Of a stretch of 64,000 nt of DNA, positions 10,140-19,461 are shown piece by piece; the first letter of the stretch is position 1; every line of letters starts with the position of its first letter. The position numbers and the translations under genes are program-made. The stretch is taken from assembly GCA_003554965.1 (NCBI GenBank), contig PWHR01000020.1:70202-134201 (forward strand), in the 5' to 3' direction. This stretch comes from Thermoplasmata archaeon (lineage in GTDB: Archaea; Thermoplasmatota; Thermoplasmata; Halarchaeoplasmatales; Halarchaeoplasmataceae). The notes under the pieces are model-generated. The model was not told the origin of the DNA. It ran no database searches and was given only the letters and a program-made list of their open reading frames with translations.

Positions 10140-10257
10140 CGGACCGGTCTAAGATAAACCTATTTGATAAGTTTTACTCCTAGTAGGAAATTATTCATCT
10201 TAAAGAGAAATAAATGAATCGATAGCATTTTAAATCTCCTCTCATTTAACCGGAAAC

Positions 10258-11937
10258 ATGAAATCCGATGTAGAGATAGCACAGGAGGCTGAATTAGAAA
10301 ATATCAGTGATGTAGCTCAAAAGGTGGGGTTGACAGAAAAGGAGATAGAACCAAGAGGTGATCACAAGGCAAAATTGAGTTTGAAGGCGGTCAAAAAGTA
10401 CAGAGAAGTAGGGGAAGATAACAGCAGCAATCTCGTATTGGTGACGACAATGACCCCAACAAGGGGTGGAGAGGGGAAGACCACTATCACTATCGGTCTA
10501 GCCCAGGCTCTTTGGCAGTTAAATGAAAAGGCGATGCTCGGTATCAGAGAACCCTCGATCGGGCCGACCATGGGGATAAAAGGGGGTGCCGCTGGTGGAG
10601 GCTATTCACAGGTCTTACCGATGGAAGATATAAATCTTCATTTCACCGGTGATCTCCATGCGATAACCATCGCGCATAATCTTGTAGGTGCGGTGATAAA
10701 CAACCATATGCACAGAGGGAACGAGATGAATATAGACCCTCGAAAGATCGTCTGGCCTAGAGTGATGGACATGAACGATCGGGCCCTGAGGAATACTGTT
10801 ATCGGACTAGGTGGGAAAAGCGATGGTATGCCTCACGAGAATTCTTTCGGTATAACCGCATCTTCAGAGGTTATGGCCGTACTTTGCTTGGCCGAGAGTA
10901 TAACCGAACTGAAGGAAAGATTGAGCAACATCGTGGTTGCTTATACTCATGAAAATGAACCCGTCTTCCTGGAAGACTTCGAGTGTGTAGGGGCTATGGC
11001 CTCACTATTGAAGCACGCTATCAAACCTAATCTTGTACAGACGATAGAAGGTGTGCCCGCCTTCGTTCATGGAGGGCCTTTCGCCAATATAGCCCACGGA
11101 ACTAGCAGCCTCATCTCTACAAAGATAGGCATGGGTTTATCTGATTATTTTATAACTGAAGCCGGCTTCGGATCTGATCTAGGAGCGGAAAAATTCTTCA
11201 ACGTTGTCTGCAGAGAAGGTGATCTAAAACCTGATGTCGCGGTGATGGTGGCTACGGTGAGAGCTCTGAAGCGGCAGGGAGGCGTATCTAGAAAGGACCT
11301 AGATGAAGAAAATCTTGAAGCCATGAAAGAGGGGCTGGCCAATCTAGATAAGCACCTGAGAAATATACAGATGTTTGGAGTGCCTGTGGTAGTAGCGATA
11401 AACAGGTTTGAACAGGATACTGAAAAAGAGATCAAATATCTGAAAGAGCTCTGTGAAAATATAGAGGTGCCCCATGCAGTTGTCGAGGTCCATCAGAAAG
11501 GAGGCAAAGGAGGGATAGGATTGGCCGAAGAAGTGATGGAGATATGCGGCGAAAAAAAGAGTGATTTCAGACCTCTCTATTCGCTGAGTGAATCCCCAAA
11601 GGAGAAAATATATGATATAGCAACAAAGATATACGGTGCTAAAGACGTTGTCTACACTCCGGAAGCCGAAAGAGACCTTCGGAGGATCAAAAGGATGGGT
11701 TTCGATGATCTTCCCATATGCGTCTCTAAAACACACTATTCGCTCTCGGACGACAGGTCCCTAAGAGGAAGACCTAAAGGTTTCAAAATAAAGATAAGAA
11801 AGTTAAGATTGAATTCAGGAGCTGGTTTCTTGATCCCGATGGCGGGAGATATAACCACTATGCCCGGTCTGCCTAAGAGACCAGCAGCTATGGATATAGA
11901 TATAGACGAAGATGGTTATATCACCGGGCTTTTCTGA
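10258..11937 (+). CDS. fhs: Formate--tetrahydrofolate ligase
   Basis: The P-loop TPTRGGEGKTTITIGL and an FTHFS-family length of 559 aa were seen. Confidence 0.9.
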   Translation: MKSDVEIAQEAELENISDVAQKVGLTEKEIEPRGDHKAKLSLKAVKKYREVGEDNSSNLVLVTTMTPTRGGEGKTTITIGLAQALWQLNEKAMLGIREPSIGPTMGIKGGAAGGGYSQVLPMEDINLHFTGDLHAITIAHNLVGAVINNHMHRGNEMNIDPRKIVWPRVMDMNDRALRNTVIGLGGKSDGMPHENSFGITASSEVMAVLCLAESITELKERLSNIVVAYTHENEPVFLEDFECVGAMASLLKHAIKPNLVQTIEGVPAFVHGGPFANIAHGTSSLISTKIGMGLSDYFITEAGFGSDLGAEKFFNVVCREGDLKPDVAVMVATVRALKRQGGVSRKDLDEENLEAMKEGLANLDKHLRNIQMFGVPVVVAINRFEQDTEKEIKYLKELCENIEVPHAVVEVHQKGGKGGIGLAEEVMEICGEKKSDFRPLYSLSESPKEKIYDIATKIYGAKDVVYTPEAERDLRRIKRMGFDDLPICVSKTHYSLSDDRSLRGRPKGFKIKIRKLRLNSGAGFLIPMAGDITTMPGLPKRPAAMDIDIDEDGYITGLF

Positions 11938-11950
11938 GAGATGAGATAAT

Positions 11951-12625
11951 ATGAGAGTAGAATTGATCAACTATACCCCCGAACCGGATAGAAGTTCTGC
12001 ACATGCAGCCCTTACCTGCTACAGTGAAGAGGTGCCCAAAAAAGAGGAATTGGGAGAGGAAAAGATAGAAGAGATACTTGATAAGATAAAAGAGAGCGGT
12101 CACCACAGCGTTATCGAGCACGCTTCTTTTACTTTCGCTATCCATGATGTCTCTAGATCGTTGACTCATCAACTGGTCAGACACAGATTGGCCTCATACA
12201 GCCAGCAGAGCCAGCGGTACGTTGACATAGAAGACTTCGATCCTGTCATTCCGGACTCTATAAGAGAAAACGATAGAGCCGAAAAGATATTTCAGGATCT
12301 TATGGAGAACATACAGGAAGCATATATAGATTTGAAGGAAAAAGAGGAGGTGCCTCTAGAAGATGCTAGATATGTTCTCCCCAACGCCACTAGAAGCAAT
12401 ATCATCGTGACGATGAACGCTAGAGAACTATGGCACTTCTTTTCGCTGCGCTGCTGTAAAAGGGCTCAATGGGAGATAAGGGATATGGCGAACATGATGC
12501 TGAAACTGGTGAAGGAAAAAGCACCATTGATATTCGAAGGAGCTGGAGCCCCCTGCGTAAGAGGTCCCTGCCCAGAGAGCGAGGAATTCTTCTGCGGAGA
12601 ACCGATAAGCGCGGATGATAAATAA
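11951..12625 (+). CDS. thyX: Flavin-dependent thymidylate synthase
   Basis: The ThyX signature RHRLASYSQQSQRY (RHRx7S) is present, at 224 aa. Confidence 0.85.
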   Translation: MRVELINYTPEPDRSSAHAALTCYSEEVPKKEELGEEKIEEILDKIKESGHHSVIEHASFTFAIHDVSRSLTHQLVRHRLASYSQQSQRYVDIEDFDPVIPDSIRENDRAEKIFQDLMENIQEAYIDLKEKEEVPLEDARYVLPNATRSNIIVTMNARELWHFFSLRCCKRAQWEIRDMANMMLKLVKEKAPLIFEGAGAPCVRGPCPESEEFFCGEPISADDK

Positions 12626-12677
12626 AAGTCCATCAAGACAAAAATTTTATATCTTACGATGTGCATATTGTAAAACA

Positions 12678-13184
12678 ATGATCGTGGTTAAAGACGCAAT
12701 GGTATTGATCCATCTAGCAAAATTATCTTTACTCCGGACTTCTTGTGAGGCATTAGGGGAAATAGTAATCCCCAAAAAGATTGAAAAAGAAACCGTTGAA
12801 AGAGGTAAACAAAAAAATCATCCTGATGCAATTTTGATCGAAGAACTGATAGAAAATAACACGATAGAGGTCAATAAAGTGAAAAACAAAAAACTTATCA
12901 AGAGAGCAAAGGATTTTAACATCCAGGGAGGGGAGGCCGAGGCTGTTGCCCTCTACTGGGAAAAAAATGCGGACTATCTAGCAACTGACGATGATAATGT
13001 TAGAACCAAAAGAAAACTTTTAGATTTGGATCTCATCAGTACGATTTCCATTCTAATAAATTTATTTAAAGATGAGGAGATTGGTAGGAATAAATTAGAG
13101 GAATCTTTAAAAATGCTGAATGAGATAGGATGGTTCAGTACGGCCGTATTAGATAGAGCAAAAATGGAGGTTGGGTTGATATGA
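12678..13184 (+). CDS. PIN-domain protein, DUF3368/COG2405-type (putative toxin)
   Basis: The N-terminus MIVVKDAMVLIHLAKL and the acidic pattern (D...E...D) of a PIN fold were seen. The track ORF starts at 12615 and overlaps thyX, so the internal ATG at 12678 is preferred. The family call is from memory. Confidence 0.45.
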   Translation: MIVVKDAMVLIHLAKLSLLRTSCEALGEIVIPKKIEKETVERGKQKNHPDAILIEELIENNTIEVNKVKNKKLIKRAKDFNIQGGEAEAVALYWEKNADYLATDDDNVRTKRKLLDLDLISTISILINLFKDEEIGRNKLEESLKMLNEIGWFSTAVLDRAKMEVGLI

Positions 13185-13480
13185 AAACTTCTATAGGTAT
13201 AAGACTTGATGAAGAATTCATAGAAAAACTAGATTCTTTAGGTGAGAAAGAAAAAGTAGATAGATCTACGATGATCAGAAAAATCCTTGAGAGAGGATAC
13301 AAGGAGTACTTAAAGGAAAGATCCTCCGATAAATATCGGAAAGGCGAAGTGACTATCAGTAAGGCGGCTGAACTAGCGGAAACTACGGTGTGGGAGATGG
13401 AAAAATATCTTGTGGAGAGAGGATACGTTTCAGAATACTCGATAAAAGACCTGAAAAGCGAGTTGGAGATGCTGGAATAA
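13181..13480 (+). CDS. UPF0175-family small protein (putative antitoxin partner of DUF3368 PIN)
   Basis: 99 aa, overlapping the PIN gene by 4 nt. It matches the acidic small-helical UPF0175/COG2886-like profile. Family call from memory. Confidence 0.45.
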   Translation: MKTSIGIRLDEEFIEKLDSLGEKEKVDRSTMIRKILERGYKEYLKERSSDKYRKGEVTISKAAELAETTVWEMEKYLVERGYVSEYSIKDLKSELEMLE

Positions 13481-13588
13481 CTTAAAAGCATATTTTTATC
13501 TCAGTTCACAAAAGATTAGAAAAGAAAAACCGGGTAGACAAAATTTATTATCCTACAGTCCTATATGGTCTGTAAAGGAGGTAAGAAT

Positions 13589-13723
13589 ATGCCGCTAGAC
13601 TCGCAGAGATGCCACTTCTGTGGCAATTGGACAAAAAATTATAGAAAAGTAGGGGACAAAAGCTTCTGTAAAGATTGTGTGAACGACCTTATGGAGTTGG
13701 TCCGGGATGAATTAGAAAGCTGA
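13589..13723 (+). CDS. Small zinc-ribbon protein (44 aa), not in ORF track
   Basis: Own translation gives MPLDSQRCHFCGNWTKNYRKVGDKSFCKDCVNDLMELVRDELES*. There are two CxxC pairs and a strong SD aggagg 9 nt upstream of the ATG. Confidence 0.45.
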   Translation: MPLDSQRCHFCGNWTKNYRKVGDKSFCKDCVNDLMELVRDELES

Positions 13724-13744
13724 GATATATCTTTCCCTCACAAA

Positions 13745-14602
13745 TCAAACATCAATCTCCACCCCATAAACCCTTTCAGGATTTTCTTTATGTATCTTCC
13801 AGATGTCTTCCTTACTCAGCACCTCTTTCTCTAAAAGCTGTCTTGTCTTTTTTGGAACGTTCTTGATCCCTAAAACCGCTCCCGGTCTTTTTGGATCATC
13901 CAGATAATCCGTTTCCAGCATGAATCTGGTGCTTTTACCTATTGCCTCTTCTATATTATCCTCGTTGGCAAGTACCGATGGAAACAGTCCTTTGATTTCT
14001 TTTTTCGTGATCAGAGGAGGAGAATAATGCTTCACCACTTTATACCTATCTAATCCTACTTCATCAGCCATCTTTCCGATCTCTTCACAGACCCTTGGAG
14101 TGGTACTTTCTGTATGAAGGACCACCGGACAGTTCAGATCAGATGCGAGTTCCATCCCATACTTCATAACTCTGTTGGAAGCCTCTAGTAGTTCCTTAGA
14201 AACGTCGAAGTGAGGTCTACCTATCTCCCCAAGAGCCACGGCTTTCCCATTCTCAACGTATTCCGCCGCTAGATCCATCCCCTCCTTCAAAATATCTTCC
14301 GCCCTGTCCAAGCCTACTTCATCACTTAGCTGAACCATATCCACGGGATAAGGACCTAAAGTTACGAATACCTCTACAGAAGTCTCTTCCATGCTTTTTT
14401 CCGCCAATTTTAAGGTCCTCTCGTAGATAGGTTCATAACCATTTTTGTTCCACTCTCTGAGATCGTGGTACGGCAGATGTGAAAGTACGAGATGCGTGCC
14501 TCCCGCTCTTTCAAACCTTTTCACCGCTTCAACATTATCTCCCTGTTCCTGTAGATGGATATGGTTGTCCATGATCGGAAAGTTTTCGCCATTCAGTTCC
14601 AT
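13745..14602 (-). CDS. TatD-related metal-dependent hydrolase (TIM-barrel, COG1099-like)
   Basis: The N-terminal DNHIHL metal-binding motif, internal His/Glu ligands (HTES) and a length of 285 aa were seen. Confidence 0.7.
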   Translation of the reverse strand: MELNGENFPIMDNHIHLQEQGDNVEAVKRFERAGGTHLVLSHLPYHDLREWNKNGYEPIYERTLKLAEKSMEETSVEVFVTLGPYPVDMVQLSDEVGLDRAEDILKEGMDLAAEYVENGKAVALGEIGRPHFDVSKELLEASNRVMKYGMELASDLNCPVVLHTESTTPRVCEEIGKMADEVGLDRYKVVKHYSPPLITKKEIKGLFPSVLANEDNIEEAIGKSTRFMLETDYLDDPKRPGAVLGIKNVPKKTRQLLEKEVLSKEDIWKIHKENPERVYGVEIDV

Positions 14603-14694
14603 GGTCTCTCATCACTATCTATCAGTCCTATTAAATTGTTTTACCTCTTGAAAAAACAAAAGCTTAAAAAGCAGAAGTCTGTTCAGGGAAAAAC

Positions 14695-15843
14695 GTGATA
14701 GATGTAGCAGTCGTTGGAGGAGGCCCCGTCGGACTGAGGATTGCAGGAAGAGCCGCTTCGAAGGGTCACGAGGTGACGGTCCTAGAGAAGAATAAAGTGA
14801 TAGGTAAGCCGGTGCAGTGTGCCGGGATAGTAAGCCCAAGAGTTATCTCATTGACCGACACCGATAGTGTTATATCGGAACCTGAAAAAGCCATAGTCCA
14901 TTCTCCTTCTGGAAATGAATTGGCTATCAGGGCAAAAAATGGTCAGGCCGTCATCATAGATAGAGCAAGATTTGATAGGGAACTTGCAGAAAAAGCGGTG
15001 AGAGCCGGAGCAAAAGTAGAACTCAACGCTAATGTGAAAAGAGTAGAAAAGAAAGATAACGGGGAAAGAAAGATTTGCTTCTCAAAAGAAGGTGCTGAAA
15101 AAACATTAACACCTAAGATCGTGATAGGAGCTGATGGACCCGGTTCAATAGTTAGAAAATCGGAAGATTTTCCATCCCCTAAGGAGGTGCTTCCCGCGGT
15201 CCAAGCGATCGTAGGAGAAGAAGAAAAAGAGGTCCATATCCATTTAGGAAACGATCTAGCTCCGGGCTTCTTCTTGTGGGAAGTCCCTTACAGTACCGGC
15301 AAATTGGTCGGTCTCGCCAGTAACGATGGGAAAACGTTTGAACATCTGATGAATTTTTTACGATCAAAAGGTCTTGAAAACAAGATCATGGGTTTTCTCT
15401 CTGGAACTATCCCTCTTGGAGTGATGGTCGAGAGTGTGAAGTCTGGCCTCCTGTTAGTAGGAGACTCGGCCTGCCAGGTAAAACCTATGTCCGGTGGAGG
15501 GATCTATTTTGGTTTGAAAGCTGCCGACATATGTTCTGAAGTGGTGCTAGATGCTCTTGAGAAAGATGATGCATCTAAAAGAAGATTGTCAGAGTACCAT
15601 GAACGGTGGTGGGATGAGATAGGAAAGAACATAAGAAGGGGGATGAGAGCGAGAAAGGTGTTCAAGAAACTTTCTGATAAGGATATAGATACCTTTATAG
15701 AAATACTACAGAAGGACAAAGCTAAACGCGTGATAGAAGAAAAAGGAGATATAGACAATCCTTCAAGGCTTGTCAAACCTCTTCTTAAAACTTCACCTGA
15801 GCTACTTAAACTTACTGGACCACTTATCAAAAGCCTTTTCTAA
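14695..15843 (+). CDS. Geranylgeranyl reductase family (digeranylgeranylglycerophospholipid reductase)
   Basis: GTG start. The FAD fold VAVVGGGPVGL and the archaeal GGR-family C-terminal domain were seen, at 382 aa. Confidence 0.85.
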   Translation: MIDVAVVGGGPVGLRIAGRAASKGHEVTVLEKNKVIGKPVQCAGIVSPRVISLTDTDSVISEPEKAIVHSPSGNELAIRAKNGQAVIIDRARFDRELAEKAVRAGAKVELNANVKRVEKKDNGERKICFSKEGAEKTLTPKIVIGADGPGSIVRKSEDFPSPKEVLPAVQAIVGEEEKEVHIHLGNDLAPGFFLWEVPYSTGKLVGLASNDGKTFEHLMNFLRSKGLENKIMGFLSGTIPLGVMVESVKSGLLLVGDSACQVKPMSGGGIYFGLKAADICSEVVLDALEKDDASKRRLSEYHERWWDEIGKNIRRGMRARKVFKKLSDKDIDTFIEILQKDKAKRVIEEKGDIDNPSRLVKPLLKTSPELLKLTGPLIKSLF

Positions 15844-16572
15844 GCGGGGAAACATATCGTATTTTTCCTGAAGATAGAATATGACCGCTAATGTGCCGAA
15901 TATCACGGAAACGACTCCAAGAAAATATTGGATCCATCCTGGCAGGGTTCTTCGGACCGCAAAGGAACTGTCCGGGAGTAATCCACTGACGTTCAACTGT
16001 TCGATATCTATCCTACCCGTCTCGAACTCCTCATCGGGATCTTCGTCCATTCCAGCATCATCCAACTCCTGATCTGTGAAGTGACCTACCGATTTCATCA
16101 AGTGTTCTTCATCTTCATATTCGAAGTCCAATCTGAATTTTACCAGATAGGTGCCTTCTTCAGTTTCACTAGCGGTCTCTATGTTTAATTCTTCGGATTC
16201 TTTTTCTCCGCTAGAGATGCCCTCATATTGCAGGGTGATATTCACCGTGCCGCTCTCAGTAAAAACAGGCGGGTTTTCAACTTCTGAGATGTTCTTCTCT
16301 ACATCGGTGTACTCTAACCTATAGATGCTCAGGGTGAGATCTACATCTTCCATCGAATCCTCATAGGGGTTATAAAGGCTGAACTGGAAGTAGTCTGACT
16401 CACCAGGATCTATTTTCGGGGTGTCGATATCGTCTTCGTCGATTATCTGATTCACTTTTCCTGGATCCTCTATATAGCGCTCTTCTGCGTTCCCCTGAAA
16501 GGTGAAGGCGCTCATGGACATAAGGATGACCGCTGCGAGCAGGACCAAAACCCAGCTGAGTTGGCTTTTCAT
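15802..16572 (-). CDS. Secreted/membrane-anchored highly acidic protein (signal peptide + C-terminal TM helix)
   Basis: The internal start MKSQLSWVLVLLAAVILMSMSAFTFQG is a signal peptide. The body is Asp/Glu-rich. LPGW is followed by the hydrophobic helix IQYFLGVVSVIFGTLAVIFYL and a basic tail. The upstream part of the track ORF (16573..16692) is probably not coding. Confidence 0.5.
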   Translation of the reverse strand: MKSQLSWVLVLLAAVILMSMSAFTFQGNAEERYIEDPGKVNQIIDEDDIDTPKIDPGESDYFQFSLYNPYEDSMEDVDLTLSIYRLEYTDVEKNISEVENPPVFTESGTVNITLQYEGISSGEKESEELNIETASETEEGTYLVKFRLDFEYEDEEHLMKSVGHFTDQELDDAGMDEDPDEEFETGRIDIEQLNVSGLLPDSSFAVRRTLPGWIQYFLGVVSVIFGTLAVIFYLQEKYDMFPRLEKAFDKWSSKFK

Positions 16573-16635
16573 CAAAACGTGTTTACTCCCTATTGGTATA
16601 AAATACTTATGTGAGGAGCACCGATACAGGAACTG

Positions 16636-17637
16636 ATGGATAGAAAAGAAAGACCAGTGCTGCGGGTGCCCAAAAGGGAGGGACAAGAGCATCTAAAAAG
16701 ATTGAAAGAGGAAAACAGACTGGATCCTGAAAGGAAGATCAGTGAAGAAGGAGATGACCTTCTGATACCAGTGACAGAGGGGGGAAACGAAGAAAGATGT
16801 GACCTGGAAAAGAGAATTCCTTCAAATAAACCCCCTTTTCACCAAATAAAACAAAAGTTGGACTTGCCTGATGAGGAAAAGGAGAAACTACCGGACAGAT
16901 GGGAGATGATAGGTGAAGTACTCCTCATAAAGCTTCCCAAAGAACTACAATACAGAAAAGAAAGGATAGCCGAGGTATATGCTGAAAAGTTAGGTGCCAA
17001 AACAGTCATGCTTCAGGGGAGCATCGAGGGCAGAGTGAGGGAGCCAATTGTGGAGAAGATCTATGGTGAAGAAACAGAGACTGTTCACGTCGAGAACGAT
17101 GTGCTTTACAAGTTGGATACGGCGGAACTGATGTTCTCGAGCGGAAATATAGACGAGCGTATAAGGATAACTGAGAAAGTAAAAAGGAATGAGGTTATAG
17201 TGGACATGTTCGCAGGGATAGGTTATTTTTCTTTGCCGATGGCAGTCCACGGCGATCCAAAAAAGATCCATGCATTGGAGATCAACCCTAAAGCTTTCCG
17301 ATACTTACAGGAAAATATCGAGCTGAACGATGTTCAAGATACTGTGGAACCTGAACTCACGGACAACCGCGACTTTTCCTTCACCGGAGCGGACCGGGTG
17401 ATGATGGGATATCTAGACGAAACATGGAAGTATCTGGATAAAGCCGTCGGGTTCCTAGGTGAAGAAGGCACCATACATTATCACACGACCTGCAAAGATT
17501 CTGAGTATCCCGAGCAGGTAGAAAATGAACTGAAGGAGAATATCGAAGAGGACTTCAGTATCAGGGACCTGAGAGAGATCAAATCCTACGCCCCTCACGT
17601 TTTTCATGTCGTGGCTACGGTCAGAATCGAGAAATGA
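16636..17637 (+). CDS. tRNA (guanine37-N1)-methyltransferase Trm5 / Taw2 family (Met-10+ like)
   Basis: The class-I MTase motif VDMFAGIGYFSLPMA and the archaeal Trm5 architecture were seen. A TATA-like tataaaat lies ~26 nt upstream of the ATG, suggesting a leaderless transcript. Confidence 0.75.
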   Translation: MDRKERPVLRVPKREGQEHLKRLKEENRLDPERKISEEGDDLLIPVTEGGNEERCDLEKRIPSNKPPFHQIKQKLDLPDEEKEKLPDRWEMIGEVLLIKLPKELQYRKERIAEVYAEKLGAKTVMLQGSIEGRVREPIVEKIYGEETETVHVENDVLYKLDTAELMFSSGNIDERIRITEKVKRNEVIVDMFAGIGYFSLPMAVHGDPKKIHALEINPKAFRYLQENIELNDVQDTVEPELTDNRDFSFTGADRVMMGYLDETWKYLDKAVGFLGEEGTIHYHTTCKDSEYPEQVENELKENIEEDFSIRDLREIKSYAPHVFHVVATVRIEK

Positions 17638-17698
17638 AGGTTTAATTCCTGCTTATCGGGAACATAATTTTTAAATACACATACGTACATGTATTATT

Positions 17699-17941
17699 AT
17701 GGCGTCTAAAACTATAACCATCTCCGAGGAAGCTTATGAACGCTTGAAGTCGAGAAAAAAGGAAAATGAAAGTTTCACTAACGTTATCAATAAGCTCACT
17801 AGAGAGAGATCCTTGACCGAAATTGCCGGTATATTGTCTGAAGATGAAGCTGATAGATTGGAAGAAAGGATCAAGGAAAGAAGAGATGAAACAAGAGCTA
17901 GGATGGACGATCTCAAGGAGAGGATGAAAGATGCTGGCTGA
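17699..17941 (+). CDS. vapB: VapB-type antitoxin
   Basis: 80 aa, overlapping the PIN gene by 11 nt, with a small charged DNA-binding fold. Confidence 0.55.
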   Translation: MASKTITISEEAYERLKSRKKENESFTNVINKLTRERSLTEIAGILSEDEADRLEERIKERRDETRARMDDLKERMKDAG

Positions 17942-18326
17942 TACCAGCTTCATCATAGATGTCATGAGAGGGGAAGAAAGCGCTCTTAAAAAGGTGGAAG
18001 AGTTGGAAGAAAAAGACAAGCTTCTGAACATCGCTTCCATCTCCTTTTTTGAGCTTTGCTCGGGTATAGAACAGTCAGATAAGCCGAAAGAAGAAAAGGA
18101 AAAGATCGAAGAAGTCTTGGGTTCTCGAACGGTCTACGATCTTGATCTTGGAGCGGCGGAAATAGGAGGGAGGATAGACGGTAAGCTCTGCAACGAAGGA
18201 AAAAAGGTAGAACCACAGGATTCTATGATCTCTGGCATCGCTATAAGAGAAAACGAAAAGATACTGACCCGGAACCTCGACCACTTCCGCCGGATCTCGG
18301 ATATATCCACACTCCAGATCGAATAG
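17931..18326 (+). CDS. vapC: VapC PIN-domain toxin
   Basis: The N-terminus LADTSFIIDV (Asp), SFFEL (Glu) and C-terminal D/N residues fit the PIN catalytic set. Confidence 0.7.
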   Translation: MLADTSFIIDVMRGEESALKKVEELEEKDKLLNIASISFFELCSGIEQSDKPKEEKEKIEEVLGSRTVYDLDLGAAEIGGRIDGKLCNEGKKVEPQDSMISGIAIRENEKILTRNLDHFRRISDISTLQIE

Positions 18327-18463
18327 ATTGACTCCACTGGATACAGAAATTTACGTTCCTCTCTATCATCCAAGGTAATAACCATTAAAAGAAGTACCAC
18401 ATTACGCTAACTAGATAAACGAAAAGTTATTTGTAGAATATACCACTTTATCACATAGGTAGC

Positions 18464-19459
18464 ATGAAGGAAGCCATGTTTTGGGAGGAAGGTAAAACTG
18501 GTGAAGTCGATTGCCATCTCTGTCCCCACCAATGTTCAATAAAGGAAGGAGAAAGAGGTCTATGCAATGTGAGGGAGAACAAGAAGGGTATTTTGTACTC
18601 GCTTATCTACGGCAAAGTGGCCTCATTAGCTAGGGATCCTATCGAAAAAAAGCCGCTTTATCACTTTCATCCGGGTACGCAGGTTTTATCTTACGGCACC
18701 ATGGGATGTAATTTTAAATGCAGATTCTGCCAGAACCAGTCTCTCTCCTGCGGTGATCCTGAAAGTCCATTCCTTAAAGAGTACTCTGTGAAAGACCTAG
18801 TCAAAGAAACGATGAATTATGAAGGTATCGCCTGGACTTATAACGAGCCCACTATCTCATATGAATTCAGTTACGACGTATTCAGAAGTGTGAAGGAAAA
18901 AGGGGATAGATACACCGTTTACGTCACCAACGGCTACATTGAAGAAAAACCGTTGAAAGAGATCGCACCTTACCTCGATGCGATGAACATTGATATCAAA
19001 GCATTCAACGAAAAGTTCTACAAAAAGATAGTAGGAGGAAGACTGAAACCAGTATTAGAAACGGCAAAAACTGCGGTGGAAATGGATATCCATGTGGAAG
19101 TGACTTATTTGATAGTACCAGAACACAACGATTCTAAAAAGGAACTGCGCCGTTTCTCTGAATGGGTCTTGAACAACCTTGGCGAAGACAACGTGGTTCA
19201 CTTCTCAAGATTCCATCCGGATCATGATATGAGAGATGTTCCCCCTACATCGAAGAAAAAGATGGAAGAAGCAAGAAAGATCGCTCATGATGCAGGATTG
19301 AACTTTGTCTACCTAGGAAATCTGCCGGCCGACAACGACACTAGCTGTCCGAACTGCGGGAAAACCATCCTTCCTAGATCATATTTCTCTTCAGGAAAGA
19401 TCAATCTCGAAGACGGGAAATGCCCCAGCTGTGGTAGAGATATCCCGATAATCACCTGA
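18464..19459 (+). CDS. Radical SAM enzyme, AmmeMemoRadiSam-system AmrS / PFL-activase-like (COG1180)
   Basis: GCNFKCRFCQN is the CxxxCxxC activase motif. The N-terminal CHLCPHQCSIKEGERGLC is an extra Cys cluster typical of AmrS-like proteins. Confidence 0.7.
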   Translation: MKEAMFWEEGKTGEVDCHLCPHQCSIKEGERGLCNVRENKKGILYSLIYGKVASLARDPIEKKPLYHFHPGTQVLSYGTMGCNFKCRFCQNQSLSCGDPESPFLKEYSVKDLVKETMNYEGIAWTYNEPTISYEFSYDVFRSVKEKGDRYTVYVTNGYIEEKPLKEIAPYLDAMNIDIKAFNEKFYKKIVGGRLKPVLETAKTAVEMDIHVEVTYLIVPEHNDSKKELRRFSEWVLNNLGEDNVVHFSRFHPDHDMRDVPPTSKKKMEEARKIAHDAGLNFVYLGNLPADNDTSCPNCGKTILPRSYFSSGKINLEDGKCPSCGRDIPIIT

Positions 19460-19461
19460 AC

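Noticed and set aside
12615-12677. Upstream part of the PIN-gene ORF as tracked
   Set aside because: Overlaps thyX 3' end; internal ATG at 12678 yields a normal-length DUF3368 protein.
16573-16692. N-terminal 40 codons of track ORF 15802..16692
   Set aside because: Would overlap the trm5 start and promoter; internal Met begins a canonical signal peptide, so 16572 is the likelier start.
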